This document shows positions 25,528 through 35,686 of a DNA stretch of 64,000 nucleotides, in pieces. A program made the translations under genes and the position numbers. This DNA is from a virus: IMG/VR virus record IMGVR_UViG_3300020057_000496, positions 1-64,000 of that record. One strand, written 5' to 3'. Below the pieces are notes generated by a model. That model worked only from the letters and a program-made list of their open reading frames with translations. It was not told the origin of the DNA and searched no databases. Numbering within the stretch: position 1 is the stretch's first letter; the number at the start of each line of letters is the position of its first letter.

Positions 25528-26058
25528 ATGGCACCGAAGAATAACGTGATGAAGCTGGCGACCTCCGATACGGGCGACACCGACGCGCCGACGGACGCAA
25601 CCGGAGACGCAACGGACGAGACGACCTCGACCATGGCGTCACCGACCATGGACGTACACACCACGGACGTACACACCACGGTCATGGTGGAACAGTTCAT
25701 CAGGCGGCGCGAAGAGGCCATTGCGGCGTCGGCATCGATCGATGCCGAGATGGACACAGCAATCTCCGATCTTGAGGCCCAACTGGAGGTTCTGTACGGG
25801 GCGCGCGGTTCGCGCCCGAAGCAGGGTACTCGCCGGGCCGCAGCCCGCCGTCAGGTTCCGATCGGGTCCGACCGGCTGAACTGGGACGAGAAGCTGTCCG
25901 CGCAGGAAGCCCACTTCACCATCGACGACTTGATGACCGACAAGGCGACCGCCGAACGCGGTCGCCAGGCATGCCACCAGGCTGTCAACCGCTGGGCAGA
26001 GAAGGGGCTAGTGAAGAAGCTGGGCGACGGGCGTATCCGCAAGAACGCCACCCGGTAA
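25528..26058 (+). CDS. Putative DNA-binding protein (acidic N-terminus, coiled coil, C-terminal winged-helix-like region)
   Basis: RBS GAAAGGGAG; C-terminal 'FTIDDL...QAVNRWAEKGLVKKLGDG'. Confidence 0.5.
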   Translation: MAPKNNVMKLATSDTGDTDAPTDATGDATDETTSTMASPTMDVHTTDVHTTVMVEQFIRRREEAIAASASIDAEMDTAISDLEAQLEVLYGARGSRPKQGTRRAAARRQVPIGSDRLNWDEKLSAQEAHFTIDDLMTDKATAERGRQACHQAVNRWAEKGLVKKLGDGRIRKNATR

Positions 26059-26088
26059 GCCGTCGGCCGACAAACTCGTCCTCGACGG

Positions 26089-26130
26089 GGAATGGGGAGT
26101 CTGATATAAGCAGGCTCCCCATTCCTGTTT
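26089..26130 (+). terminator. Intrinsic terminator
   Basis: ggaatggggagtctg...caggctccccattcc followed by tgttt. Confidence 0.65.
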
Positions 26131-26200
26131 GTGGGACGTGAGGTGTTATGGACGCACATGAAGCCGCCGGGAGACTCCGGCAGGAATCCGAAACTCTTAC

Positions 26201-27484
26201 CAACAGCGAGCGCAGGCCCCGTCCTTTAGGGTGGGGTAAGCGAGCCATAAATGCGTCAACGCCTACAGCCCACGACGGACGAAGCCGAAGCACTTCTGGA
26301 GCATGCTGCTCAGGCACGCTTCGTCTGGAATCTCGCCCTTGAGCAGGCGAACCAGTACCGCCACGATCGTGGTCCGACGCCAGGATGGGCTGCGCAATGC
26401 CGCCAACTCGTGCAACTTCGGGCGGAGCACAACTGGATTGGTACGGGATCGTCAAGCATTCAGCAGCAGGCGCTCAAAGACCTGGCGCAGGCGTTTATTA
26501 ACTGGTGGAAACGTCCGGGCCACTTTGGGCGTCCGACTTGGCGAAAGCGTGGGCAGCACGAAGGCTTCCGCGTCGTGAACGTCACCGAGAGGTCAGTCGA
26601 GATTCTGCACCGGAGGGCGGCCACCGTCTTCGTTCCCAAGGTTGGTCGAGTACGCTTTCGAATCACACGACCGGTGCCGCTCGGCATCAAGTCGTATCGC
26701 ATCCGACGGGACGCGGCGGGTCGCTGGTGGCTGGCGTTCGCGGTCAAGCCGCAGGCGCTCACGAGAGGCGAAGGCGAGGTCGGTATCGACCGTGGCGTCG
26801 CACAGTCGCTAGCATTCTCCGACGGGACGTTTAGTCAGACACCGTCGCTGTCGTTGCCCGAACGGCGCCACCTGTTGCGCCTACAGCGCAAACTCGCGCG
26901 GCGGGTGAAGGGCAGTGTCCGTCGTGGCCGGGTCAAGCTCGCCATCGCTCGGCTGCGGGCGCGCGAGTCGGACCGCGCAAAAGACTGGGTCGAGAAGCAG
27001 ACGACGCGGATCGTCCGCGCGTCGCGTCTCGTGGTGATCGAGAAGCTTCAGATTCGGAACATGGTGCGTAGCGTCAAGGGCTCCATCGAGGAGCCCGGCA
27101 AGAACGTCCGCCAGAAGGCGGGCCTGAGCCGTGTGATCCTGGCGCAGCGCTGGGGCTTGTTTGCCAGGCGCCTACGAGAGAAGTCGGAACTAGCCGGTGT
27201 TGAGCTGATCGAAGTCAACCCGGCGTACACGTCGCAGCAGTGCTATGCGTGCGGCCACACGGCACCGGAAAATCGCGAGAGCCAAGCGAAATTCAGATGC
27301 CAATCGTGTGGCCGCTCAGCGAACGCAGACACCAACGCGGCGAAGAATATCCTTGCGGCAGGGCGTGCCGTCAATGCGCGTGGAGGCACAACGGTGCCGC
27401 TGAAGCGCGAACCTACTCGGGATGTACGCCGTGCCGCGTAACTTCCGAGGAATCCCCGTCCCTTCAGGGCGGGGAGGATGTCAA
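26201..27484 (+). mobile_element. IS200/IS605-family (IS1341-type, tnpB-only) element
   Basis: TTAC upstream of the left end, subterminal hairpins, TCAA right end, tnpB inside. Confidence 0.9.
26251..27441 (+). CDS. tnpB: RNA-guided endonuclease TnpB
   Basis: 'ARFVWN'; RuvC-I GIDRG; RuvC-II VIEKL; zinc finger CYAC/CQSC; RuvC-III NADTNAAKNI. Confidence 0.95.
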   Translation: MRQRLQPTTDEAEALLEHAAQARFVWNLALEQANQYRHDRGPTPGWAAQCRQLVQLRAEHNWIGTGSSSIQQQALKDLAQAFINWWKRPGHFGRPTWRKRGQHEGFRVVNVTERSVEILHRRAATVFVPKVGRVRFRITRPVPLGIKSYRIRRDAAGRWWLAFAVKPQALTRGEGEVGIDRGVAQSLAFSDGTFSQTPSLSLPERRHLLRLQRKLARRVKGSVRRGRVKLAIARLRARESDRAKDWVEKQTTRIVRASRLVVIEKLQIRNMVRSVKGSIEEPGKNVRQKAGLSRVILAQRWGLFARRLREKSELAGVELIEVNPAYTSQQCYACGHTAPENRESQAKFRCQSCGRSANADTNAAKNILAAGRAVNARGGTTVPLKREPTRDVRRAA

Positions 27485-27669
27485 CAAGAACGCCAGGTAC
27501 CTAGAGTCACTGGCCGCAAGTGCGACCGGGAGAGACGGCCGAGTTCCGATTGCCAGTAGGCTGTTCGATCAAGCGGTAGAGAAGGCCGTTACCGCGTATC
27601 TCCTGGCGATTGGGAACTCACGGGATCTCACACTCTTCATTCAACGCGAGCTGTGTTCGAGGTGCGTAG

Positions 27670-28281
27670 ATGTCTCTCAAGATCAATCAGTCAGAAAACC
27701 AAGAGTTACTCACCGTACAGATACAGAAGCCTAGCGCGAAATACTTTGATGAGATGTTGCGCATGTCCAGCGCGGCCGACTTGCTGCGGTCGGGCGTCTT
27801 CCCGAACGCCAAGGAAGTCACCGAGAGCTTCGGGGCGTACGACGCTGTCCGGAGGCACCTCTGGCGCGACTTCAAGCCGGACGACGACGAGGTGCTCTGT
27901 ATTTGCGTCGCGGACGGCCGGACGCCACGGACAGCACTGACGTTCGGGCTCCGTTCGGCCTGGACCTGTATCTCGGTTGATCCAAATCTCAACACCGGGC
28001 GCTTCCCGTTTTGGGTAACGAACTTCCGACGGCTCTTGATGTTCGCAAAGAAGATCGAGCAGTGCCAGTTCTCGGCACGGAAGGTGGTTGTCGTCATGGT
28101 CCACCCCCACGTCAAGATCCCACTCGCACTGGAAGCGATCACCGGATTCGAGCAGCGGGCGGTCGTGTCGATGCCTTGCTGTGTAAAACAGGAGATCCCC
28201 GGCCATCCACCCGACCTGGAGTACCACGATAGAGGGGTCTGGTCGCCACAGCGGACGGTGAAGGTGTGGAAGCAAATCTGA
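27670..28281 (+). CDS. Hypothetical protein, possible SAM-dependent methyltransferase fold
   Basis: 'CVADGRTPRT..TF......SVDP' and 'MPCC'. Confidence 0.45.
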   Translation: MSLKINQSENQELLTVQIQKPSAKYFDEMLRMSSAADLLRSGVFPNAKEVTESFGAYDAVRRHLWRDFKPDDDEVLCICVADGRTPRTALTFGLRSAWTCISVDPNLNTGRFPFWVTNFRRLLMFAKKIEQCQFSARKVVVVMVHPHVKIPLALEAITGFEQRAVVSMPCCVKQEIPGHPPDLEYHDRGVWSPQRTVKVWKQI

Positions 28282-28613
28282 AATCTTATCTTGACGTTGT
28301 CAAGCTGGTCGTCGAGTTACTTGACGGACGGGTAGTCGAGCCGGAAGATGATCAATCCAGCGACGAGGACCAGGTCATTGAGACAACCTCGATAGGACAT
28401 TGCATGCCACTAGTTAGGTAGAAGTCTAGGGACAAGTTGAATTACTGACTCGGTGTCGTAAAATCGCTAGCCTTTCTGTTCCTTTCGATCTAATCTCTCC
28501 GACAATCAAGTCGGGCACACGGAGTGGCCTTCCTCCCGGAAGGCGGTAAGAGGACTAGGACCCGCCCTTCGTGCTGCTTTCATGACCGACCTAACTCGGA
28601 AGGAGAGTTGAGA

Positions 28614-30440
28614 TTGAAGCCTAGCGCATGTATCGAAGTACTCCGGGCCACGGTCAAGATGAGTTCTCCGGTTTACCTGTGGGGACAGCCAGGATGTATC
28701 GCTGCCCAGACTAAGCTAAGTTATGTATCGCGTGGCCCTGACGGCAAGACACGTTCCACTAAGGGTGGTTCAATTGAACGACTCTACCAGGTGTTCCATG
28801 GTCTGACCGGACCAGGAAAGGGGCGCTATCAGGTAGCCCCAGTTGATTCGCAATTTTGGGTTTCGTCCGTAGACGACGAAGGGCGAATCTTCAAGAACCG
28901 CGTACTGGACGTAGTCCAGAGTGGCCAGAGGAAGTGTCTCCGACTCCGGACTAAGTCCGGCCTTGAAATCGAGGCGACCGACGACCACGAGTTTATGTCC
29001 GACGGGGAGTTTGCGGCACTTCGAGACTTACGGCCCGGTTCGGTCGTGGACGTACATACTAACAAGATCATCAATACGTCAACACGAAGGCCCAAGCGCA
29101 GTCGCGCCAGCCTCTCCGTACCTCACCATCCGTATGCCAGTACGCATGTGATTGAAAAGAAGTACACCTATAAGGCTCTTCCGTTGGCCAGAGCAATAGT
29201 GGAAGCTGACATGAATTCGCTCTCTATTGCCGAGTATCAGGCAAGGCTCAATAGTGGCGACCTTAGAGGGCTTCAGTTCCTTAAGAAGTCTGACGACGTT
29301 CACCACCGCGACGAGGATTGCACGAATGATGTGATCGAAAATCTTGAGGTTATTAGTCACACAGAGCACGCGCGACGCCACGGACTAAGGTATCAATCGT
29401 TACGTTACGTCACTACACGGGACGAAGTTGACTGGATTCAGCCGGTAGGTGTCAAGGAAACTTACGATCTCAAGATGGCTGGGCCATACCATAATTTTGT
29501 TGCAGCAAGTTTCGTCGTACATAACTGCGGCAAGAGCGATATCGTCAAGCGGGTAGCCAAGGAGCTAGAACTGCCGGTCATTGACATCCGCGCAGTCCTG
29601 CTCGACCCCGTTGATCTTCGGGGCATCCCGTACGTTCGTGACGGGGTCGCTCACTGGGCGTCGCCTTCGTTCCTCCCCCGCGACGGCGAGGGCATCATGT
29701 TCCTGGACGAGATCGCGAATGCGCCTCCGATGGTGCAGTCAGCACTCCTTCAACTTATTCTCGACGGCAAGGTCGGCGAGTATACAAAGCCGCCGGGCTG
29801 GCGTTTTGTCGCCGCGTCTAATCGCGTCGGCGACCGCGCGGGTAGCCATAAGATCATTTCGTCACTGGCGAATCGCTTTGCGTGCCACATCAACATGGAG
29901 GTTGACCACGAAGACTGGAATACCTGGGCAATAGAGGCCGGCATCGCCCCGGACATTCGTTCGTTCCTTAACTTCAAGCCGGCACTGCTGTCACAGTTTA
30001 ATCCGAACTCCGACGAGCCCGCATTTTCAACTCCAAGATCCTGGAAATTTGCCAGTGATCTTATCGCTAACATCCCGGAGGGGATGCACCTGCAAGTTCT
30101 TTCCGGTACGGTCGGGGCCGGATGTGCAGCCGAGTACGTTGCGTTCCGTGACGTGTATATGCGGATTCCGACGCTTGAGCAGATAGTCAAGGACCCCCAG
30201 AAGGTCAGCGTAAATAACGACCCGGCAACAAACTTTGCACTGGTCGGCGCACTTACCGACGCATGCGGGCGGCGTCCTAAGAATAAGGAAGTCCTGAACG
30301 CAGTCGTGGAGTTCATTTGCCGACTCCCGGCAGCGTTTGCGACCGTGTTCTTCCGTGACGTGTCACTCGTTGCTCCTATCACGATGAACCTACCCGGTAG
30401 TCGCGAGTGGGTACGCAAGCATCGTGGGACGATCGCGTAA
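28614..30440 (+). CDS. MoxR-like AAA+ ATPase containing an intein
   Basis: Walker A GQPG|CGKS split by the intein; 'DLRGIP'; Walker B 'FLDEI'; 'AASNR'; 'LANRF'; 'TPRSW'. TTG start inferred from RBS GGAG. Confidence 0.9.
   Translation: MKPSACIEVLRATVKMSSPVYLWGQPGCIAAQTKLSYVSRGPDGKTRSTKGGSIERLYQVFHGLTGPGKGRYQVAPVDSQFWVSSVDDEGRIFKNRVLDVVQSGQRKCLRLRTKSGLEIEATDDHEFMSDGEFAALRDLRPGSVVDVHTNKIINTSTRRPKRSRASLSVPHHPYASTHVIEKKYTYKALPLARAIVEADMNSLSIAEYQARLNSGDLRGLQFLKKSDDVHHRDEDCTNDVIENLEVISHTEHARRHGLRYQSLRYVTTRDEVDWIQPVGVKETYDLKMAGPYHNFVAASFVVHNCGKSDIVKRVAKELELPVIDIRAVLLDPVDLRGIPYVRDGVAHWASPSFLPRDGEGIMFLDEIANAPPMVQSALLQLILDGKVGEYTKPPGWRFVAASNRVGDRAGSHKIISSLANRFACHINMEVDHEDWNTWAIEAGIAPDIRSFLNFKPALLSQFNPNSDEPAFSTPRSWKFASDLIANIPEGMHLQVLSGTVGAGCAAEYVAFRDVYMRIPTLEQIVKDPQKVSVNNDPATNFALVGALTDACGRRPKNKEVLNAVVEFICRLPAAFATVFFRDVSLVAPITMNLPGSREWVRKHRGTIA
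28695..29525 (+). mobile_element. Intein with HNH homing endonuclease (277 aa)
   Basis: Begins C(IAAQT); block B 'ATDDHEF'; HNH 'VHHRDEDCTNDVIENL'; ends 'VVHN' followed by Cys. Confidence 0.92.
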
Positions 30441-32779
30441 TGTCAGGGGTAATCATTCCGGCTGATCCGACCCGTGTTGACCCCGATATCGAAAGGGCAA
30501 CACTGGAGGCTTACGAGAAGTCAGTCGTGTCACTCGTGCTCGGCACCGGAGCGCAGATGCGCTTCTTCGCCGCGCTCGTTATGCGAATGCGGTACAGTGT
30601 CGTGACGTGGATTCCGACCGCCGCCACTGACGGTCGGCAGATCTATCTCAATCCACAGTTCTGGCTCGACTTAACCCCAGCACAGCGCCGGACCGTACTA
30701 GCACACGAAGTCATGCACTGTGTCGAGAAACACACTGAACGACGCCAGCATCGCGACCCATACATATTCAATATCGCATGTTTTCCGGCGGGGACACTCT
30801 TGCCTGGCAATGTCCTGATTGAATCTGTAGCCAGTATGGTTTCCCATCTAGACGGTGAGTTAATTGAAGTTGCGCACCAAGGGGGAAAAATAAGTGCCAC
30901 CCCTGAGCATCCATTCTTTGTTCGAAAAAGAAAAAACAAAGTTGGCCTTACTCCGGTTCGCTTACTTGCGCCGGAGTGGGTCAAGGCGGAAAATATTCGT
31001 ATAGGCGATTACGTCTGCGTCCCGCGACTGGAACGCTATGGACTACGAGATGATGCGGTAATCAATCTCCATTCCTATATTAGGAATGGAATATCTAGCC
31101 GAGCAAATGGCAATAGAGCGGTTAAGTCCATTCCCCTCAATCAAGACACCGCGTGGCTAATTGGCCTCTATGTAGCCGAGGGTAGCGCTAGCCCTAGCGT
31201 TAGCTTCTCTCTTGGCTCACACGAGACTCATTTAGCAGATCGAATTAAGGCGATCGTATCATCGATTGGTTATTCGGCGAGTGTTTCGGTTAATGGGAGC
31301 AGCATGGCCGTAAACTTAGGGACGACCGTTCTTGGGCGATGGCTAAAGGCAAATGTCGGAACCGTAGCAAAGAATAAGCATATTCCCGATGTTATTCTTC
31401 GCCATAGCGACCCCTTGATTCGGCAAGCATTCCTTAAGGGTGTCGTTGATGGTGACGGGTGTACCCAAGTTCGTAATGGAAAGACCTGGATCGTGGTGGG
31501 TGTTTGTTCCCCGTCCCTTATTCGGGACATAATACTTCTCTTAGCGCAGGACGGACTTGGTGCTCGCGTCTCCACCCAGACACTCAAGCCGCGCTGGATT
31601 GGTAAAATGTATACTACTGTTCGGACAGTTATACATAACGTAACATGGAATCCCGATGGCCCCTCCAGGTCAATGAGGGAATTAAATGGTAATGTAGTAG
31701 TGTCCACTAATGCGCGGTATCGCACTGACGAACATGGTGTTTGGTATCCAGTAAAGAGCACTGAGCATTACCCGTACTCTGGTAATGTCTATAACTTAAC
31801 TAATACGCCAGATCATACTTATGTTGCCGAAAGTGTCTTAGTACACAACTGCGACCTCGAAATAAATTATATTCTCGAAGAAGCGAAGATGGAGTTCCCG
31901 AAGGACGCTTGTCTTCCGGGAAAGGGCGCGTTCGTCGGCACGGCTGGCAATCAGATTTCCGAGACATACTACGGACTCTTGCTCGAACAACAGCACAAGA
32001 AGACGGGCTTCTTTGGTCAAAAAGGGAAGGGCAAGGGCAAGGGCAAGGGCAAGGGCAGTCAAGACCCCGGCGGTCCGAACACTGACCCAGGTGGTTGTGG
32101 CGTAATCTTCGATAACTCACCAGGAGAGGCCGAACGCACGAAGCTGTCACTGGACTGGGACGTTGCGATCAAGCAGGCTGCGCAAGTGGCGAAGGATACA
32201 CAGGAACGCAGTCGCGGGACTATGCCTGGTTACTTCTCGAAGCTACTAGAGAAACTCCTGAAGCCACCTAAAATTCCCTGGTACTCCGAACTGCGTCAAT
32301 TCTTTACAGTCACGGCCAGGGATGACTATTCATGGGCATCACCTAATCGGCGCCATGTCGCGTCCGGGGTTTATCTGCCATCACTACGCTCCCAGCGCCT
32401 TGGCGAAATCTGTATGTTCGTTGATCTGTCTGGTTCGATGATGGGCGGAGATGACCTAGCACGTTGCGCAACCGAGATGACTGCCATTCTCGAAAACTAT
32501 CCGTCGAAGGTATGGATCGTATATCACGATACCCACGTTCGGACGGTACAGGAATGGACGCCGCTTGACGGTCCGATCGAATTCAAGGGGGACGGCGGCG
32601 GTGGAACCGACCACGTCCCTTGCTTTACTTGGATGGTGGAGCAGGGAATAGACCCGTGTGTCTCGATCTTCTTCACGGATCTCCAGACTAGGTTTCCGGT
32701 AGATCCACCGAGCCACCCGGTATTCTGGGTAACTGTCTCCGGTGGTAGTGCCCCATTCGGGCGTGTACTTGAGATTTGA
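30440..32779 (+). CDS. DUF2201-type metallopeptidase + VWA domain protein containing an intein
   Basis: 'TAATDG', 'AHEVMH', NIA|CD.EIN, MIDAS 'VDLSGSM', 'GGGTD' and 'FTD'. Confidence 0.9.
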   Translation: MSGVIIPADPTRVDPDIERATLEAYEKSVVSLVLGTGAQMRFFAALVMRMRYSVVTWIPTAATDGRQIYLNPQFWLDLTPAQRRTVLAHEVMHCVEKHTERRQHRDPYIFNIACFPAGTLLPGNVLIESVASMVSHLDGELIEVAHQGGKISATPEHPFFVRKRKNKVGLTPVRLLAPEWVKAENIRIGDYVCVPRLERYGLRDDAVINLHSYIRNGISSRANGNRAVKSIPLNQDTAWLIGLYVAEGSASPSVSFSLGSHETHLADRIKAIVSSIGYSASVSVNGSSMAVNLGTTVLGRWLKANVGTVAKNKHIPDVILRHSDPLIRQAFLKGVVDGDGCTQVRNGKTWIVVGVCSPSLIRDIILLLAQDGLGARVSTQTLKPRWIGKMYTTVRTVIHNVTWNPDGPSRSMRELNGNVVVSTNARYRTDEHGVWYPVKSTEHYPYSGNVYNLTNTPDHTYVAESVLVHNCDLEINYILEEAKMEFPKDACLPGKGAFVGTAGNQISETYYGLLLEQQHKKTGFFGQKGKGKGKGKGKGSQDPGGPNTDPGGCGVIFDNSPGEAERTKLSLDWDVAIKQAAQVAKDTQERSRGTMPGYFSKLLEKLLKPPKIPWYSELRQFFTVTARDDYSWASPNRRHVASGVYLPSLRSQRLGEICMFVDLSGSMMGGDDLARCATEMTAILENYPSKVWIVYHDTHVRTVQEWTPLDGPIEFKGDGGGGTDHVPCFTWMVEQGIDPCVSIFFTDLQTRFPVDPPSHPVFWVTVSGGSAPFGRVLEI
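30779..31849 (+). mobile_element. Intein with LAGLIDADG homing endonuclease (357 aa)
   Basis: Begins CFPAGT; 'ATPEHPF'; 'IGLYVAEG' and 'LKGVVDGDG'; ends 'LVHN' followed by Cys. Confidence 0.92.
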
Positions 32780-33210
32780 TGGGTTATACCCAGCGCACAG
32801 CAACGCTGTTCGTAAGGGACGCCAGGGATGTCCCTCACCTCAACGCGCGAGAAGTTGTATTTACCTACGACATTAGGTCCGGTACGGCAAGCTCTAGGCT
32901 ATGCCTAGAGCGCTCGGTGTACGGTGTCCTTGAAAACCCCGGCTTACTCAAACCTATCACTGATAGGTTTGAGGCATTCTGTCGTAGTATCAATCTCGGC
33001 GGAATGATCGAAAAGCGCATCATTGTTGTCCTTCGGTTCGTAGTATTCTTTGATGAAGAATTCTTTATCGAACAGTGCTACAGGAGTGGGCAAAGTAGTT
33101 TTTTCAATCGGATCTACGACAAGGCGTCCTTGGCTGTCGACAAGATGAACGAAGAAGCGGTCATCATGTGCGCGTCGAGCTTAGCTACCCATTATACGCT
33201 GTTTAAATAG
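32776..33210 (+). CDS. Hypothetical protein
   Basis: Translationally coupled to the VWA gene. Confidence 0.5.
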   Translation: MMGYTQRTATLFVRDARDVPHLNAREVVFTYDIRSGTASSRLCLERSVYGVLENPGLLKPITDRFEAFCRSINLGGMIEKRIIVVLRFVVFFDEEFFIEQCYRSGQSSFFNRIYDKASLAVDKMNEEAVIMCASSLATHYTLFK

Positions 33211-33573
33211 GAGCACGAAATGGTAAACGAAACCCCTCCGAGCACTGAATCGGCACGTAGAAGGTGGGAACCGTGAGTAGCACGGGGCTCGCTGACATCA
33301 CCGCAGGCGAAGAGGTAGTCGAGGGGATCATTATCCTTCACTTCGGCCGACGTAGCGTGCTGATCATTGACGGGTACGGGTCGCTTGATAAGGTCAAACA
33401 AGAAGAGTTCTACACGCGAATGTACTCGGAATTAGGTACATTTGGGATCGACAAGATAGATGCGTTCGTCGTCGAGGTAAGGTGGACCTCCGCGGGGGAG
33501 GTCGTGAAAGAGGCGTATCACTTCATGGAGAAGTGTACGATGACGGACATCTACGCAGTCCACAACAAACTTT

Positions 33574-34095
33574 ATGAGTCCATCTTTCTCGAATGAGCGT
33601 CACTTGAAGAACTACTCAATCGAAACTGACCTATATTCCGGAGTCGGCCAGGCAGTCCAGGATCACTGCCGTATGGCTGGCTTGACTTGTGCGGGGATTG
33701 TAATTGCTACCTACCGGGTTGATTTTGGATTGATCCCCGCAAGTATGCATGTACGGAAGGTATGGCACGGGAATACCCGTGAGGACGTACACCGTTCAAT
33801 ACTCTCCAGGTCAAACCTACTACTTATTCCCTATATTGGCCAACTCACCTCGGATCTTGACCTGTTGTACAATACGGCAAGAAAGGGGCGCCGCGTCGTG
33901 TTCAAGTGCGACATGTCGATCGAAACTGGCGAGGAACACGGCGGGCTTCTGTCTCCGATCAGAACAGTGCCGTGGGGGAGCTATAAGGATTATTCTAATT
34001 ACGGAGCAATTATAGCAGTTATGGGTAATACCGAAACCGAACGTCCCGGCATCTATCAGGTAGCAAGAACATGGCTGAGCAGGGTATTCTCTTAG
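33574..34095 (+). CDS. Hypothetical protein
   Basis: ORF in the operon. Confidence 0.45.
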   Translation: MSPSFSNERHLKNYSIETDLYSGVGQAVQDHCRMAGLTCAGIVIATYRVDFGLIPASMHVRKVWHGNTREDVHRSILSRSNLLLIPYIGQLTSDLDLLYNTARKGRRVVFKCDMSIETGEEHGGLLSPIRTVPWGSYKDYSNYGAIIAVMGNTETERPGIYQVARTWLSRVFS

Positions 34096-34463
34096 ATCAC
34101 CCGAGGATTTTGTTCGCTGTCGTCGCCAGTAGCTTTGCGGATATAGTGGAAGCATGTCCGGGTGACATATTAAACTATGCGGTGATTGAGTTTGACGAAA
34201 CGGGCGTAGTTAAGTTGCGGACCCCACTAAGGGGGTTTCCGATAACGACCAGGGCGCGCGGGGTCCCGTTGTGGTTCGTGGCTCAACTACTAACTGAAGG
34301 TAAGATCTGGCCCTTTAAGTGCCGGACGGAAGTTGCGGTTCGGATCAAGGACAGGATATTAATAGATGACTTGATGGAATATCTTTACTCGAACCTCACG
34401 GAAGAGGTCGTGATCATGATGTCGTCCGGCCTGACGAAGACCGTTACCCTGAAGGACGATTAG
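34071..34463 (+). CDS. Hypothetical protein
   Basis: ORF in the operon; C-terminus resembles that of the 32776 ORF. Confidence 0.45.
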   Translation: MAEQGILLDHPRILFAVVASSFADIVEACPGDILNYAVIEFDETGVVKLRTPLRGFPITTRARGVPLWFVAQLLTEGKIWPFKCRTEVAVRIKDRILIDDLMEYLYSNLTEEVVIMMSSGLTKTVTLKDD

Positions 34464-34888
34464 TCCTGGACGGTCCGCCTGGTTTGTGCTACTGTGGGGC
34501 GTGACCTGAGTTGCGTCTTGCTAATCAAGAAGGGGACACAATGGCGCTCCTGCTAGTCGCGGCCTGTTCGTATCTGTTCGGTCGGTTCCAGTCCAAGATA
34601 GATGGCTACATAAAGCAGAAGTGGTCCGAGATCTAGTGCGTACGGGCTGGTTCGTTAAAGGGTTCGTTGTTTGGTGATCTTTGTTGACTATTGGCGACCA
34701 CTTGAGTTATTTTTTCGCTGAGGTCTCTTCCATTACTGTAAATATTTACGGCGCAGATCCTGCGTGGCGGATTGTTGGCATAAATTTCCGGGACGGAGAA
34801 AAATATGTCACCACCATTACCAACCCTAGGCCCCGCAAAAGCAAACGGCTTTACCTGATTTAGTGCGTGTCTGAAGGATAACCGTCAA

Positions 34889-35686
34889 ATGATAACCGTC
34901 AATGGTACACCAGTCCGTGCGGACATCTTCCCAGACAAGACTTCGCAAGTCTGGAAACTCCCGCCGGAACTTACGCAAGCTCGGACGTGCGAGGTGGTCT
35001 GGAGGTTCGAAGAGGAACGAGAGGTCATTGACCTGCTCAGTCTGCGGAAGCTCCTCGACACCCAGGACTGGCTACTGTCCATTCCTTACTTCCCTTACGC
35101 CAGACAGGACAAGCCAGTATCGAACAACGAGACGTTCAGTCGCTCTGTTATTCTCGGGCTGCTCAAAACACTAGGATGTCGGCTAATCACGACCGTAGAT
35201 GTTCATTCCGGGTTCGACAAGGAATCTATCTACATCTTCAATCGCGAAGTGTCAGACTTCCACCGATTTGTTTTGGACGCGACCGAGCCGAACGTCGTCG
35301 TCTTTCCGGACAAGGGGGCCAGGTTACGTTATCCATATTTGGTTGAGCTTCCGTACGTCCAGTACGTCTACGAGAAGACACGCAATCCACTGACTGGCGA
35401 AATTACCGGACACGGCCTAGAGGGCCAACTGGCCATGATCAGCCCGGCCCATGTTCAGTTAGCACCGAAGACACGTTTTTTGATTGTAGACGACCTATGT
35501 GACGGCGGCGCGACGTTTCTTTCGATCAAGAACGATCTCGACCGGAGGTGTCAGGGTGCGGACGTAAGTCTTGCGGTGACACACGGGGTATTCTCGAAAG
35601 GGAAGACGCTTCTAACGAATGCCGGGATTGAACTCTTCTATACGAACAGCCTGCTCGCTAACCCAGAAGGATTCAAGGTATGCTAG
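34889..35686 (+). CDS. Ribose-phosphate pyrophosphokinase-like protein (PRS/Adps-like)
   Basis: 'FPD', 'PYFPYARQDK', 'DVHS', 'PDKGA', 'IVDDLCDGGATF' and 'VTHGVFS'. Confidence 0.88.
   Translation: MITVNGTPVRADIFPDKTSQVWKLPPELTQARTCEVVWRFEEEREVIDLLSLRKLLDTQDWLLSIPYFPYARQDKPVSNNETFSRSVILGLLKTLGCRLITTVDVHSGFDKESIYIFNREVSDFHRFVLDATEPNVVVFPDKGARLRYPYLVELPYVQYVYEKTRNPLTGEITGHGLEGQLAMISPAHVQLAPKTRFLIVDDLCDGGATFLSIKNDLDRRCQGADVSLAVTHGVFSKGKTLLTNAGIELFYTNSLLANPEGFKVC

Noticed and set aside
26040-26050. 11-nt match (caagaacgcca) to the full element's guide as a self-target
   Set aside because: Too short and not preceded by TTAC/TGAC; likely chance.
32027-32056. (AAGGGC)n microsatellite
   Set aside because: Encodes an in-frame Gly-Lys linker typical of DUF2201 proteins; no sign of phase variation.
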